64,000 nucleotides of DNA from Octopus sinensis (lineage: Eukaryota): NCBI RefSeq assembly GCF_006345805.1, contig NC_042998.1:108376001-108440000 (forward strand), read 5' to 3'. The number at the start of each line of letters is the position of its first letter. Within the stretch, counting starts at the first letter, position 1. A model generated the notes under the pieces. That model was not told the DNA's origin and ran no database searches. It saw only the letters and a list, made by a program, of their open reading frames with translations. The position numbers and the translations under genes were made by a program. Positions 1 through 12,085 of the stretch are shown here, in pieces.

Positions 1-984
1 AAAATAAAATTCCTGAAATTTTGCACTATTCGTTAGAAACACTGAAAAGGAAAGCTTAAAAATCATGCAGTGAACATTCCTGGGGTTAGTATGTTTGTGC
101 CAACAGCATACACATTGTATCTAGGTTATAATAAACAGATCTGTGCATAGGGGACCTCTCCTTTCCAGAATTGCAGTTTACTGTACTTCCCTTCCAATCA
201 ATCTTTCCTTCCAATCAATCTTTCCTTCCAATGACTAACCGGCAGATGTTCAACCGAAAATCAACCGAAAATCAACCACATCTGGGAAGACTTATAAAGT
301 TTTCTATACTCTTCAACTGAAAGGAGGGGAGAAAAAGCTAAAATGGCATGACATTGAAAAGTTCTTTAAGCTGTTCTAGTTAGCAGATTTGGGAATATGT
401 TTGAAAGTATAACTGAGGCAAACCAAGAAATCTCAGCTGATCGTGGCTTCTTTAGTGATGTATGAATGTAACATTTTGGAATCACTTATATGATGCAATT
501 TTACGTCACTGTACATTGTTCATGTGACTGGTGAATAAAATGTGAGACTATGTCTCTCGGATATTTTAGCTACGACATATTATCAGGTACGATGATAATA
601 TTTGTTAATATTGTTGTCTAACAAGAACAATAAAAACAACAGGATAATGTCCTTAGTTTATAGAACTGATAATATCTAGTCCGTTACCCAGCTAGGAAAT
701 TCAGCGTTCTACTTACTTTATACTTTAATGTCTCTATTACCATTAAAAAATTCAGTTAAAAAAATAAGAGAAAATCTCGGAAGCATGAGACATTATCGTT
801 ATTTTAGGAATATATATTAATGACGTTGCTTCTATGCATTAATAAACTGTTTCAAAAGAAAGTATATTTCTTATGAATCTGGAAAAAGATTATCAGAAAT
901 AATTCTTCTCCTTTTTCTGTCAAAGGGGATATTATAATAAATCAAAAATTAATTACGCATGGTATCTCATATAACCTCACTGCC

Positions 985-1135
985 TTGTATGTATGTATGT
1001 ATGTATGTATGTATGTTGTATGTATGTATGTATGTATGTATGTATGCATGCATGCATGCATGTATGTATGCATGAATGCATGCATGTATGCATGCATGTA
1101 TGTATGTATGTATGTATGTATGTACGTATGTATTA
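985..1135. repeat. (TATG)n/(CATG)n compound microsatellite
   Basis: Direct reading; source of the spurious YIHT/CMYV ORFs. Similar tracts occur throughout the window. Confidence 0.95.
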
Positions 1136-1139
1136 TTTA

Positions 1140-1600
1140 AATTCTTCCTCTGAGGAAGGAGCTGGTTTCTAACAAGGATGCAAAACTCCATCATTAGATG
1201 TAGGTAACAAAAGCAATATCACATTCTAAACTTGAAAACAGTCTTGCATATTTTTACTGATCAACTTTGTATATGTAATGTGCGAGTTGGTTGATTTCTT
1301 TTTCCTGAAAACTCTAAATGTCACTTAGGCATTTATTTACAAAACGAAGTGGTATAAATGTGAATTTATAATCTGAATATAGAACCTGGAGGTTTCAAAT
1401 CAGTTGTCCATAATTATTCTCTTTCTCTTTCATATTCAAAGAGATATTCACATCAGCAGGACAGCTGACCTCTACGCCGGTACATACGTTTTCTTGTCTA
1501 TCCCAGACTACACTATCCGGTCTGTTGTGTTTACACTTGTCAGATATTTTCACGGGAATGTTCTACCAGTATTCCTTGTGTCAATGTCTTTGTGTTAATT
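1140..1600 (-). mobile_element. R4/Dong-like non-LTR retrotransposon 3' fragment (restriction-like endonuclease C-terminus and 3' UTR)
   Basis: Minus frame reads HNRPDSVVWDRQENVCTGVEVSCPADVNISLNMKEKENNYGQLI*NLQVLYSDYKFTFIP (RPD...EV.CP.D...EK motif of RLE elements); ends at the TACA microsatellite. Confidence 0.8.
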
Positions 1601-1767
1601 AAATAACAGGGGGATTATTTATATTTGCTCGAAATGGCAATGTATGTTGTTTTTGTGACTTCATGTATGTATGTATGTGTGTATGTATGTATGCATGCAT
1701 GTATGGGTGTGTACGTATGTAGGTAGGTAGGTAAGTAGACAGGTAGGTATGCATATATGTATGTGTA

Positions 1768-1816
<49 letters not shown>

Positions 1817-1840
1817 TATATATATATTATATATATATAT

Positions 1841-2080
1841 ACTATAAGAATCTCCATGACTGTAAACAATTTTCTACAAAGGCAAAGAGAAAAACAATGA
1901 ATCGAAACGCGTATATAATTAATCCTGGTCGTGTTGATTCATTGTTTTTCTCTTTGCCTTCGTAAAAAAAGTATGTTTACCGTCATGAAGATTCTTATAG
2001 TAGTAGAAAAGGAATTTTTAACTCCTTTTTCTAATTTCGGTATGTGGTGAAGCAGTTAGCTGAACCCTAATTATATATGT
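1841..2080. mobile_element. PLE-like terminal-repeat fragment with inverted arms (family A)
   Basis: Arms about 1841-1905 and 1934-2002 are reverse complements; 2030-2075 resembles 10868-10920; TA tract on the left. Confidence 0.6.
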
Positions 2081-2135
2081 ATATATATTTCTAGGTGTTT
2101 CACGTTCTTGTTCCAGTTTGTATATATTTTTAAAC

Positions 2136-2204
<69 letters not shown>

Positions 2205-2254
2205 CATACATATATATATCTGTAAATTAATATGTTACCATTATTCAATAGTCA

Positions 2255-2317
2255 AGATAAAACTCTGAGTTTCAGATGACGAAGTAGAAATCCACAACAC
2301 CATCTCTTCGGTTATCT
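2255..2317 (-). ncRNA. Degenerate type I hammerhead ribozyme motif
   Basis: AGATAA-CCGAAGA-GATGG..TCATC-T-GAAA-CTCAGAG-TT-TTATCT: 6-bp helix I and near-palindromic helix III, but U4C and one extra nt before GAAA. Confidence 0.5.
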
Positions 2318-2408
2318 AGCCAGATAACCGAAGAGATGGTGATAAATTTCCTCTATTTACATAATATCCGAGGCCTCTTTCTTTCTTTTGTTGTCTTACC
2401 GTTTTTAC

Positions 2409-2455
<47 letters not shown>

Positions 2456-2481
2456 TATATATATGTATGTATGTATGTATG

Positions 2482-2515
<34 letters not shown>

Positions 2516-3229
2516 TGTATATGTATGTACGTGTGCATGTATATTCACATGAATGTGCGCGTCTGTGTGATTATCAATGTCCTATTATGCACAATAAGCG
2601 ACCAGTCATTTTGCGGCTCAATATTCAGTTATAAATTCAACATTTATACCCTACATACGACTTAGATACAATCATCACATCGAAGGATAGGCTAAAATGC
2701 AGTTTCCGCTCCTCATAATTAGAAAACCAAAACCGTTTTTGATATATTTATGAATTTAGATACACGTGTGTCAATAAATAACTCATTTCACTAATATATC
2801 GGCAACAAATAAAACTTCTAAGTAAAATTTCTGATCCTTTTATACACCCGCGTTCATAAAACGTAATAAAAGCAAAATTGTCAACCCATTAAAGCTGAAT
2901 GAAGTGATGAAGCATATATACACTATACGTTAATATGACTACTCTTTTATTAATGACAAATTTATAATATTTGAAGCAAAGTTATCGTAGATCCACAGGA
3001 TAGAATATATCGAATTCGAGTCGATTACGACAACGATTATTTACATTCCTGAACATAAAGATAAACATCTTTAGTCAAAGGCTCAAAGTTTGAACCATAT
3101 TCACACATATTTCAAAAACACTCACAAACAAACCCACATATTTCTTGATGCACAATAAACAATATGCACACAATATCACACACATTTATATGAGAAATAT
3201 GTATGTAAATATGTGTATATGAGAAAGAG

Positions 3230-3262
<33 letters not shown>

Positions 3263-3522
3263 AGGCAGAGAGAAAGCGAGAGATAGAGTTATATCAAATA
3301 TTATGCAACATAAATTCTTGATTTATTAAAATTATGGATATATCCTAATTACCAATTGACAATTAAGAGCAGATCCACTTGAAACTGTAAGATAACCTCA
3401 AGAGTGAAGAATTTTCCAGTATGACAAGCCATTAAAGAAAAGGAAAGGGTTATATCTAGAATTGATACGACAGACATTGCACGTGTTTCTGATGTAAATA
3501 CTCTAATATTCTTTTCTACTTC

Positions 3523-3646
3523 AGGCACAAGTCCCGAAATTTTCGGGGAGGGGGTCAGTCGATTAGATCGACCCCAGTACGCAACTGGTACTTTATTTAT
3601 CGACCTGGACGGATGAAAAGAAAATTCGACTCCGGCGGAATTTACA
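3523..3646 (-). mobile_element. tRNA-derived SINE family 2, partial copy
   Basis: Matches the central part of the copy at 36652-36858 (gtcgattagatcgaccccagt..caactggtactt). Confidence 0.7.
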
Positions 3647-3729
3647 AGTACTCTAATATTGACACACAGAAGTGCATCTCTTTTATACAAGAGTATATCT
3701 GCCCCTCTCACACACTCCAAATACATATC

Positions 3730-3890
3730 AAAGCTTGGTATGACTTTAAGCTACATCTGGTTGTAGGGCTCTGGTTGGGGAGTTTCAGAGTTTTAAGGAG
3801 TGTGGAACCACCTCATAGCCACTATTTTCCCCAGGTCTATTCTGACCTGGAGTAGTAGCACGTGACAGTGTCCTGTCCCAGCTATAGGTT
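3730..3890 (+). repeat. Dispersed repeat (second copy about 12238-12365)
   Basis: Shared ggagtgtggaaccac...ctggagtagtagcac core in both copies; class not determined. Confidence 0.65.
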
Positions 3891-4413
3891 CACTAGCATA
3901 TGTGATGACAGTCCATCTGGACGCAGGGATGCAATTGGTGTCAGGGCGCACAGTGAAATCACCGTGGGTTAGGAACCACTAATTGTCACAACATCCTTCT
4001 AGGAAAGGGATACCCTGGTGTAAAAATTGTAGATTCACGTGATTATTGGTAGTCTCCCTTCAGCCTGTTACTGGGCACTAAACAGGGTGAATAAAATAGT
4101 GGTACTCGTGTTGTACAAGCATTTATCACTATAACCTAGTGTCTTTTTATGTTGACCTCATTCGTCATCCCACCTGAAAATCCTATGAGGAGAGAAGAGT
4201 GTACAGACCTAATCAATTGGAAGCACACAATAAGTTACAACTTCCGTCTGTCGCTTTTGCTTCAAACCATGCAGATTTGCAACGAGACTGAATAGCCATC
4301 TGAGAGATCATGAATGAGAAGTCAGAAGTGCTATTGACAATAAGGAAGTACAAGGGGACGGCAATCATCAGTGCATACTGACCAATCAACACATACGCAC
4401 AGACAAACACAAA

Positions 4414-4455
<42 letters not shown>

Positions 4456-5727
4456 CATATGTACACAAATTCTTTTATTCTTTTATACGTTTCAGCCTTA
4501 AAACTGTGGCCATGTATAGAAAATATTTATTTTCTATACATGATTTTAAAAAATTCATATGGGCATCCCCATAATCCCAGACGCATATGTGTGTGTGTTT
4601 ATGTATGTATGTATGTATGTATGTATATATGTATGTATGTATGTATGTATATATATATATATGTTCGCGTATATTCGCACGCACAATTAAACCCAATACA
4701 CATGAACACACATACACGCACATACACACACGTGCACACACACACACACGCACATACACACACGCACACACACATGCACACACACATGTACACACACTCA
4801 CACATATACATACAAAGTATACGGACAGGCTATATGCCAACACTCTTCCAAACTTCAACCATATAGTTGCAAACTGAATCTCTATATCACTCCGCATTGT
4901 CAACAGCGCATTATTTAATATTAATACGACGCCGACATACATACATACATACATACATACATACATACATACATACATACATACATACATACATACACAT
5001 GGTTAACATAAAGAATAGTATACTAAGTTACCGATTACAAACGGTATGTGTATATCTCACAATCAATAGTGAAACGATAATACTGTAAATGTCACCGCAA
5101 AACTATACATTGAATTTAAACATAGAGAATATATAATTATGCGTATGAAATTAATGTAAAAACAATAATAGTAAAAGTAGAAATAAAAAATATAATAAAC
5201 TTTATCCAATACCTATACAAAGAGAAATATAAATAACAAAATGAAAAATACAAAAATATGAGAAAAAATAATATGAAATGAAAAACGAAAATGCTTACAC
5301 ATAGCTGCATGTATTGTACAGATAAAATAACACGATAATTGATAAACGACAGTAAAAGCAATCAGATAAATAATTTGTACAGCATTTACGAAACAGACCG
5401 CGAATACAAGATCTACAAGCAATGAGCCAAAGATCCACGAATAAGGACAGTTAATAGTTTCTCAATTAGGAATTACGGCATCGAGAAGATTTATTCAGAA
5501 TATAGACCCTATATAAACATCAGTAAATGAAGTCAGAAATCAGCAAGTTAAGATATATACAATCACAATAACAGAACAGTCCATGGTATTGTATTCTTCA
5601 CTTACATTTTCCTATTTTTTTGCAAAATATGCACCAAATTCAATAAAATTATGAAGGTTACTCTGATTACTATGCATAAAATACAAAATACATAAAATAC
5701 AAATATTTATTTTTTTGTAGATTAGTT

Positions 5728-6090
5728 CCGGGTTCATTCCCACTGCGTGGCACCTTGGGCAAGTGTCTTCTACTATAGCCTCGGGCCAACCAAAGCCTTG
5801 TGAGTGGATTTGGTTGACGGAAACGGGAAGAAGCCCGTCGTATATATGTATGTATATGTATGTGTGTATATGTTTGTGTATCTGTGTTTGTCCCCCCCCC
5901 ACCATTGCTTGGCAACCGATAGTGGTGTGTTTATGCTCCCGTAACTTAGCGGTTCAGCAAAAGAGACTGATAGAATAAGTACTAGGCTTACAAAGAATAA
6001 GTCCTGGGGTCGATTTACTCGACTAAAAGGCGGTGCTCCAGCATGGCCGCAGTCAAATGACTGAAACAAGTAAAAGAGTAAAAGAGAGAG
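5728..6090 (+). mobile_element. tRNA-derived SINE family 1 (internal TA/TG microsatellite), 5'-truncated
   Basis: B-box-like GGTTCATTCCC, body and ...gaaacaagtaaaagagtaaaagag tail match 8173-8586. Confidence 0.85.
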
Positions 6091-6618
6091 AAAAGAGCGA
6101 GTTAGGTATGATTCGCCCCTGTTTTTCAATCTAAGTATTAAAGCTACACGTAGTATTGCTGTAGTACGAGTGCTGCGTACATTCCTACAACAACGTTTTC
6201 TTTACGTACTATAAAAGCAGAAGTAAATCTGCCTCCAACTCAGCGGCGAGAGTGTTTCGCTTATTTTTTCTTGTGTTTTAGTACATAAACGTCACCAACT
6301 ACCCTGAGTAATTACTAACGATTACGTGCCTGATGCATGTATATATAAAATCAACAGATGAAATTCAGAGATGCTTAATATAGATATATACACACTCTCC
6401 CGTTCAGTACACCCGGAAAAGAAGTAGAGAAAAGAAGACAGTAGAATGAAGAGAAGGATGAAGATACAGGCATAAAACTAAGACATACACACATACACTT
6501 AAGCTCAAACAAAGCATAACCATTATATATACATACATATATATATAATATAACGAAAATGGAGAGTGTGAACACAGAAAAATCAATTTATATATATATA
6601 TAATAATCAATTTCATGT

Positions 6619-6708
6619 CGCCTACGCACGTTTAAATTTCCACCTTCATTCATATTTTCGAACTAAAATTGCATTATGAATTTAAAAGGTAAAAATCTCT
6701 TCAAGGCA
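6619..6708 (-). ncRNA. Type I HHR motif, mutated (TTGAAGA core; G12 to T)
   Basis: TGCC-TTGAAGA-GATTTTTACCTT..AAGGTGGAAATT-TAAA-CGTGCG-TA-GGCG; consensus with the right-arm copy is canonical. Confidence 0.7.
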
Positions 6709-6721
6709 AAATTGACATATA

Positions 6722-7950
6722 TCAGGTCATCCCACAAGTTTTGTCCGAATTTTGAATAAAGAAAACAAGTTATCAAATGTTATATTTAATTGAAATTTAA
6801 TCATCAGTGTACTTTCCCTGATTATCTATGATTTCCTTCCATCTATCGACAAGCTTTTTAATCCCATCAATATAAAACTCTTTTAGTTTCAAAGCGAAGA
6901 ACTCTGAAATGTCAGTTTCGACCTCCTCCTGGCTTGCGAAAGTTATATCCCCCGAATGATTCTGTAAACTACGAAACAAATGGTAGTCTGAAGGAACAAG
7001 GTCGAGAGAATAAGGTGGATGAAGAATTTTTCCCCACCCAAGCTCTTCAATCTTCTGTGATGTAATCTTTGCAGTGTGGGGTCGCGCATTATCCTGATGA
7101 AACATCACTCCTTTTCGATTCACTAAAGCGGGTCTTTTTTTCTTCAAAGCTTGGTTCAAACGCTCTATTTGTTGAAAGTAGACTTGAGCGTTGATTTTTG
7201 CATTAGGTGGTAACAACTCAAAGTGAATTACTTCTTTGCAATACCATCAGATAGAGGGAAGAACTTTTTCCCCATGAAGTTCCCTTCTCGGTTGTGGTTG
7301 AGCTTTTTCCCTTTTGCCAAGCCAGTTTACGACGTTTAACATTTCAATAGAAGATCCATTTTTCATCACCAGTCACAAGTCTATCCAAAAAGGGTGAAAA
7401 GAGTTCGTTCGCGAGAATGGAAAGAAGAGCAGATGTCAACTCGGGATTTGTGGTTTTTTTCGGACAATTCATGAGGCCCCCATTTCCCAAGTTTAGGAAC
7501 CTGAAGATGACGATAAATAGTTGTATGGTTTGAACTAAGCTTCATTGCGAATTCTTCAACTGATAATGCAGGATTTTCTTCAAGTAATGCCTCAAGGAGC
7601 TTATCAACAAACTCAACAGAATGTCCTGTTCGATCTTCATCTCCAAGGCTGAGATCTCCACTTCTGAATTTTGCAAACCATCCTCTGCAAGTTGTTTCAG
7701 TCAAGTATTCTTTCCCATAAACTGAGTATTTGTCTCGAGTCGCTTCGGCTACAGAGTTTCCCTTTTTGTACTCATAAAGCATTATGCGCCTTAGATGCAC
7801 TTTAGATACTTCCATGTTAGAAAGGGTTTTAATCAAAGAAATTTTAATTCTATTATTCTGTAAAATAACATTTAATTAGTTTAAATGTACACAAATGCAT
7901 AAATATAATGTTCCATTAGACAATCGGACAGAACTTATGGGATGTCCTGA
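6722..7950 (-). mobile_element. Mariner (D34D) DNA transposon, near full length, transposase disrupted
   Basis: TIRs tcaggtcatcccacaagttttgtccga / tcggacagaacttatgggatgtcctga, TA on both flanks; MEVSKVHLRRIMLYEYKKG N-terminus; QDNARPH...SLDLVPSDYHLF with 34 residues between the two D; stops and frameshifts. Confidence 0.95.
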
Positions 7951-8058
7951 TACTCATATATATTCATTTAGATCCATATGGATGGAGAGTTCCTGAGTAC
8001 GTTAAGAACTCTTCATCCATTAGGATGTAAATCAATATACATAAATATATGTCAATTT

Positions 8059-8148
8059 TGTCCTGAATAAGTTTTTACCTTTTAAATTCATAATGCAATT
8101 TTAATTGCAAAATATGAATGAAGGTGGGAATTGAAACGTATGTAGGCG
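8059..8148 (+). ncRNA. Type I HHR motif, mutated (CTGAATA core)
   Basis: TGTC-CTGAATA-AGTTTTTACCTT..AAGGTGGGAATT-GAAA-CGTATG-TA-GGCG. Confidence 0.7.
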
Positions 8149-8172
8149 TATGAAATTTATATATATATATAT

Positions 8173-8586
8173 AGGCGCAGGAGTGGCTGTGTGGTAAGTA
8201 GCTTGCTAACCAACCACATGGTACCGGGTTCAGTCCCACTGGCTGGCATCTTGGGCAAGTGTCTTCTGCTATAGCCCCGGGCCGACCAATGCCTTGTGAG
8301 TGGATTTAGTAGACGGAAACTGAAAGAAGCCTGTCGTATATATGTATATATATATATATATGTATGTGTGTGTTTGTGTGCCTGTGTTTGTACCCCTAGC
8401 ATTGCTTGACAACCGATGCTGGTGTGTTTACGTCCCCCGTCACTTAGCGGTTCGGCAAAAGAGACCGATAAAATAAGTACTGGGCTTACAAAGAATAAGT
8501 CCCGGGGTCCATTTGCTCGACTGAAGGCGGTGCTCCAGCATGGCCGCAGTCAAATGACTGAAACAAGTAAATGAGTAAATGAGTAT
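8173..8586 (+). mobile_element. tRNA-derived SINE family 1, full length
   Basis: A box TGGCTGTGTGG, B box GGTTCAGTCCC, internal (TA)/(TG) tract, short tandem tail; inserted in a TA tract. Confidence 0.9.
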
Positions 8587-8911
8587 ATATATAAATTGAG
8601 TTTCTGTGTCCACACTCTCCATTTTCTTTATGCTTTATTATTAAATTCTTTTCTCCTATATCGGATAGATTAAAACTTCTGTAACGACAACTGGAACTTT
8701 ATAAGAGGTAAACACTAATGTCGAAGAAAAACCATCAATAAACACTAATGCAAGCCCAAATTAACAAATTCCAGGAAAATAAAACGATATTGAGATAAAC
8801 CGGTGTACGCTTGGATGAAATACACCCCTGTGAAAGAGGTATCTCTTTCCATTCGAAACTTCATAAACTCTCGTTACATATATACATATATAGATATCAA
8901 CACACACACAT

Positions 8912-8942
<31 letters not shown>

Positions 8943-8951
8943 CACACATAT

Positions 8952-8997
<46 letters not shown>

Positions 8998-10364
8998 TAA
9001 ATATTAGGGAATAAATCCAAATTTACAGGGAAAAAAATCAGATTTATGATTAAATCGATTTTATAGTAAAATATTATAAAATATTATTCGAGACTAATAC
9101 AATGAAGAAATACAAAATGATACATTACAAGAAACGTTACTTGTTTACGAATGAATATCACGTATTTTAAGTATTTCTACAAACAGATTGGTTGTTAAAT
9201 ACTGTATTTTGTATTTTAACAATATGAAATTGTTTCCCACTTTCTGAAATCAAGTATTAAATGTAGGAAGTTGCTTGTAACCACTTCTGATTATGAACAG
9301 TGGTTAGCTGTTGGCTGGAGCTGGAACCTAGCTGCATAGTAGAATAATTCTATTATATAAGAGATGTTAGTTTTGCCCTTACAATGTAAAATATCATCCG
9401 ATGAGAAACATTTAAATATTCATATTATCGAGTTACAATGAATAAATAAAAATTATGTTCCTTGTGTTACAAAGCAACACATCTGCTTTTTTGGAAATTA
9501 AAACTAATATAGTTTCTTGTCTTCACAATCATGTATTTCAGAAAGAAATATTTCAAATATATTTCTCTGAAAACGATGGGTTAATGTGTAAAATAACACT
9601 GAAATTGCTGCGGCGATCTATTTAGTACAAACAATAAATTCATGTCGCAGAAATCACAGTACAGTATCAAAATTCAGTTTCTTTTGAATCTCTGATACCC
9701 ACGAAGACGTCATAAATATAAAAATATTACATTTTATTCGTCTTCTGTATATGGGCTGAAGAAACCCGCATCATACAGAGCAATTAAGACTAGTAATATA
9801 AAAGTACTAAGTATATTCAATACACCATCTTTAAATACAGATATCTACCATTTCTTCTACCCGCATACCATTGCATACACACCTCACACGACAGTCAGCT
9901 TATATATTACAGCTTATTTACAAAGCAACTTAATTAGAACAATTCAATTCATACATAACGTTTCCAAATATATTTCGAAGATATTGAAAATATTGCATTT
10001 CTTTTCAACTGGTTCATACGAATAATGAATTTGCTGCCTTTTCTTCCAGAAGATACTCAAAAAAACCAGCAATCATAAAATTATATGCATATAGTGTTAG
10101 ATAGGGAGATGGACATACATGTAGGCCACAGGTTAGATCCAGAGATTCTCAGTACAGATGACACTTAGTGTTCAAAAGATTCATACTTAGACTCCGATAC
10201 ATTTACAGGGTATCGATTCCGCAAGGTAAAGAATGGCTGTAAGAGAGATCAGATTGGCCGGATATAGGGGCAATTATGGGGATAAAGCAATTAGATAAAA
10301 TAAATATATTAAATATTTTAAATATCATAGTTTGGGTATTAGATACAAAATATGTATGTGTGTA

Positions 10365-10436
<72 letters not shown>

Positions 10437-10444
10437 TATTATTA

Positions 10445-10489
<45 letters not shown>

Positions 10490-10521
10490 CATTTCTAAGT
10501 CTCTAGCATGGCGATAACTGT

Positions 10522-10555
<34 letters not shown>

Positions 10556-10557
<2 letters not shown>

Positions 10558-10923
10558 TTATCAGTAACAATAAAGGGTGAATTAATTAATTTGGAATAAT
10601 TATTAATTACACCAAGTAGATTTCGGCATGTAAAAGCCTCATTCGAGGAAAATTTAAGTAATACTAAGCAATTAAGGGTTTAGCAACGAATTGCCTCACC
10701 ACACACGAATTTAGAAATAGCAGTCAAAGAGTTATAGCTATTCTTTCTACTAAAAGGGAGATCTCAGTAAAAACACAGCACTTGAAAGCCTTCAAGCCTT
10801 TCAAGTGCTGTGTTTTTACTGAGATCTCCCTTTTAGTAGAAAGAATAGCTATAACTCTTTGACTGCTATTTCTAAATTCGGTGTGTGGTGAGGCAATTCG
10901 TTGCTAAACCCTTAATTGCTTAG

Positions 10924-10926
<3 letters not shown>
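10556..10926. mobile_element. PLE-like terminal fragment with near-perfect palindrome of about 128-bp arms (family A)
   Basis: Arms 10661-10788 and 10798-10926 differ by one indel; TA tracts on both sides; homologous to 23633-24115. Confidence 0.75.
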
Positions 10927-10955
<29 letters not shown>

Positions 10956-11028
10956 TACATACATACATACATGCATGCATGCATGCATACATACATACAT
11001 ACATACATACATACATTACATACATTAC

Positions 11029-11133
<105 letters not shown>

Positions 11134-11169
11134 GCAAAACGAGAGAAAGCAAACGTTTGAGACTTTCAG

Positions 11170-11880
11170 AGGATGAATTTTGAAGTATAAATATATAACT
11201 TTGATAACTTTGATGAGTTTCGGTCAGTATAGGCCTAGGCCATGTCTAAGTTAATAGCACCACCGGGTGAAGTTTTTTAGTCATATATAGAGCACCATGG
11301 CCCACACTAGCAAAGAGTTATTTTTGTTGGAGACATAACCGAGTATAGGATGTTGGTCCTGGATTTTTTGGAGAAATTTGTCCAGTGAACTTTAGAATTT
11401 TATGGGATCCGTTTCCGTTTCGACATATTTTGGTATAATATTCAAGAGTGCTGGACCGATTGAAGTAAAATAGTTGTGTCGTAATGTGTCCTGATTTCGA
11501 TTTTTGTAGTGGGTGGATAGCACGGAGACCAAGTATGGGTGGATTTTAAAATTGATGCTAACATCATTTGTGCAATATTGATGGAATATTTTCCACATCA
11601 CACAAACGATGTAGCGCTCCCAGTGGCGTTCGAGAGAATAGAAATTGAATTTTTTAGTCGGCGCCAGTAGTAAATGCCAGTCATGCCGTCTGTCTTTCTT
11701 GTTATTGACCCCTGGAGTGCTTCCACTTCCATAATGAGTTGCTTCGTGTGGGAAGACCACAGTGGGGCAACAATATTCAAGGTGGAGTAGAGGAGGATGA
11801 TGGTGTGGGAATCTCTAGACCTTCTCTACCCTGATGACGGAGACTCGTCTTATTCAATGTTGCTTGCATCCATTACGGCT
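11170..11880 (-). mobile_element. CR1/L2-like LINE 3' fragment
   Basis: Frameshifted APLWSSHTKQLIMEVEALQGSITRK..YWRRLK / YSLERHWERYIVCVMWKI..NYFTSIGPALLNIIPK, typical post-RT region of CR1/L2-group LINEs. Confidence 0.8.
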
Positions 11881-12053
11881 ACATATTGTCATCTACCAAC
11901 ATTCATCATACGTACATACTAACAGACAGACATAAATACATACAGATATATGTATGCATGCATGCATGTATGTATATATGTATGTATGTATATATGTATG
12001 TATATGTATGTAGCATATATGGGTATATGTATACATTTTCAAATTCACGCATA

Positions 12054-12085
<32 letters not shown>

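Larger units (their letters stand above)
6556..8625. mobile_element. Head-to-head PLE-like inverted repeat, interrupted by a mariner (centre) and a SINE (right arm)
   Basis: 6610-6720 is the reverse complement of about 8047-8158; 6556-6600 is the reverse complement of 8584-8625; each arm carries an HHR motif. Confidence 0.8.

Noticed and set aside
10600-10650. HHR-like GA-GGC ttttacat GCC-GAAA on the minus strand
   Set aside because: Core reads CGAATGA, no valid helix III or cleavage triplet, and the pairing is not kept in the homologous 23.7-kb copy.
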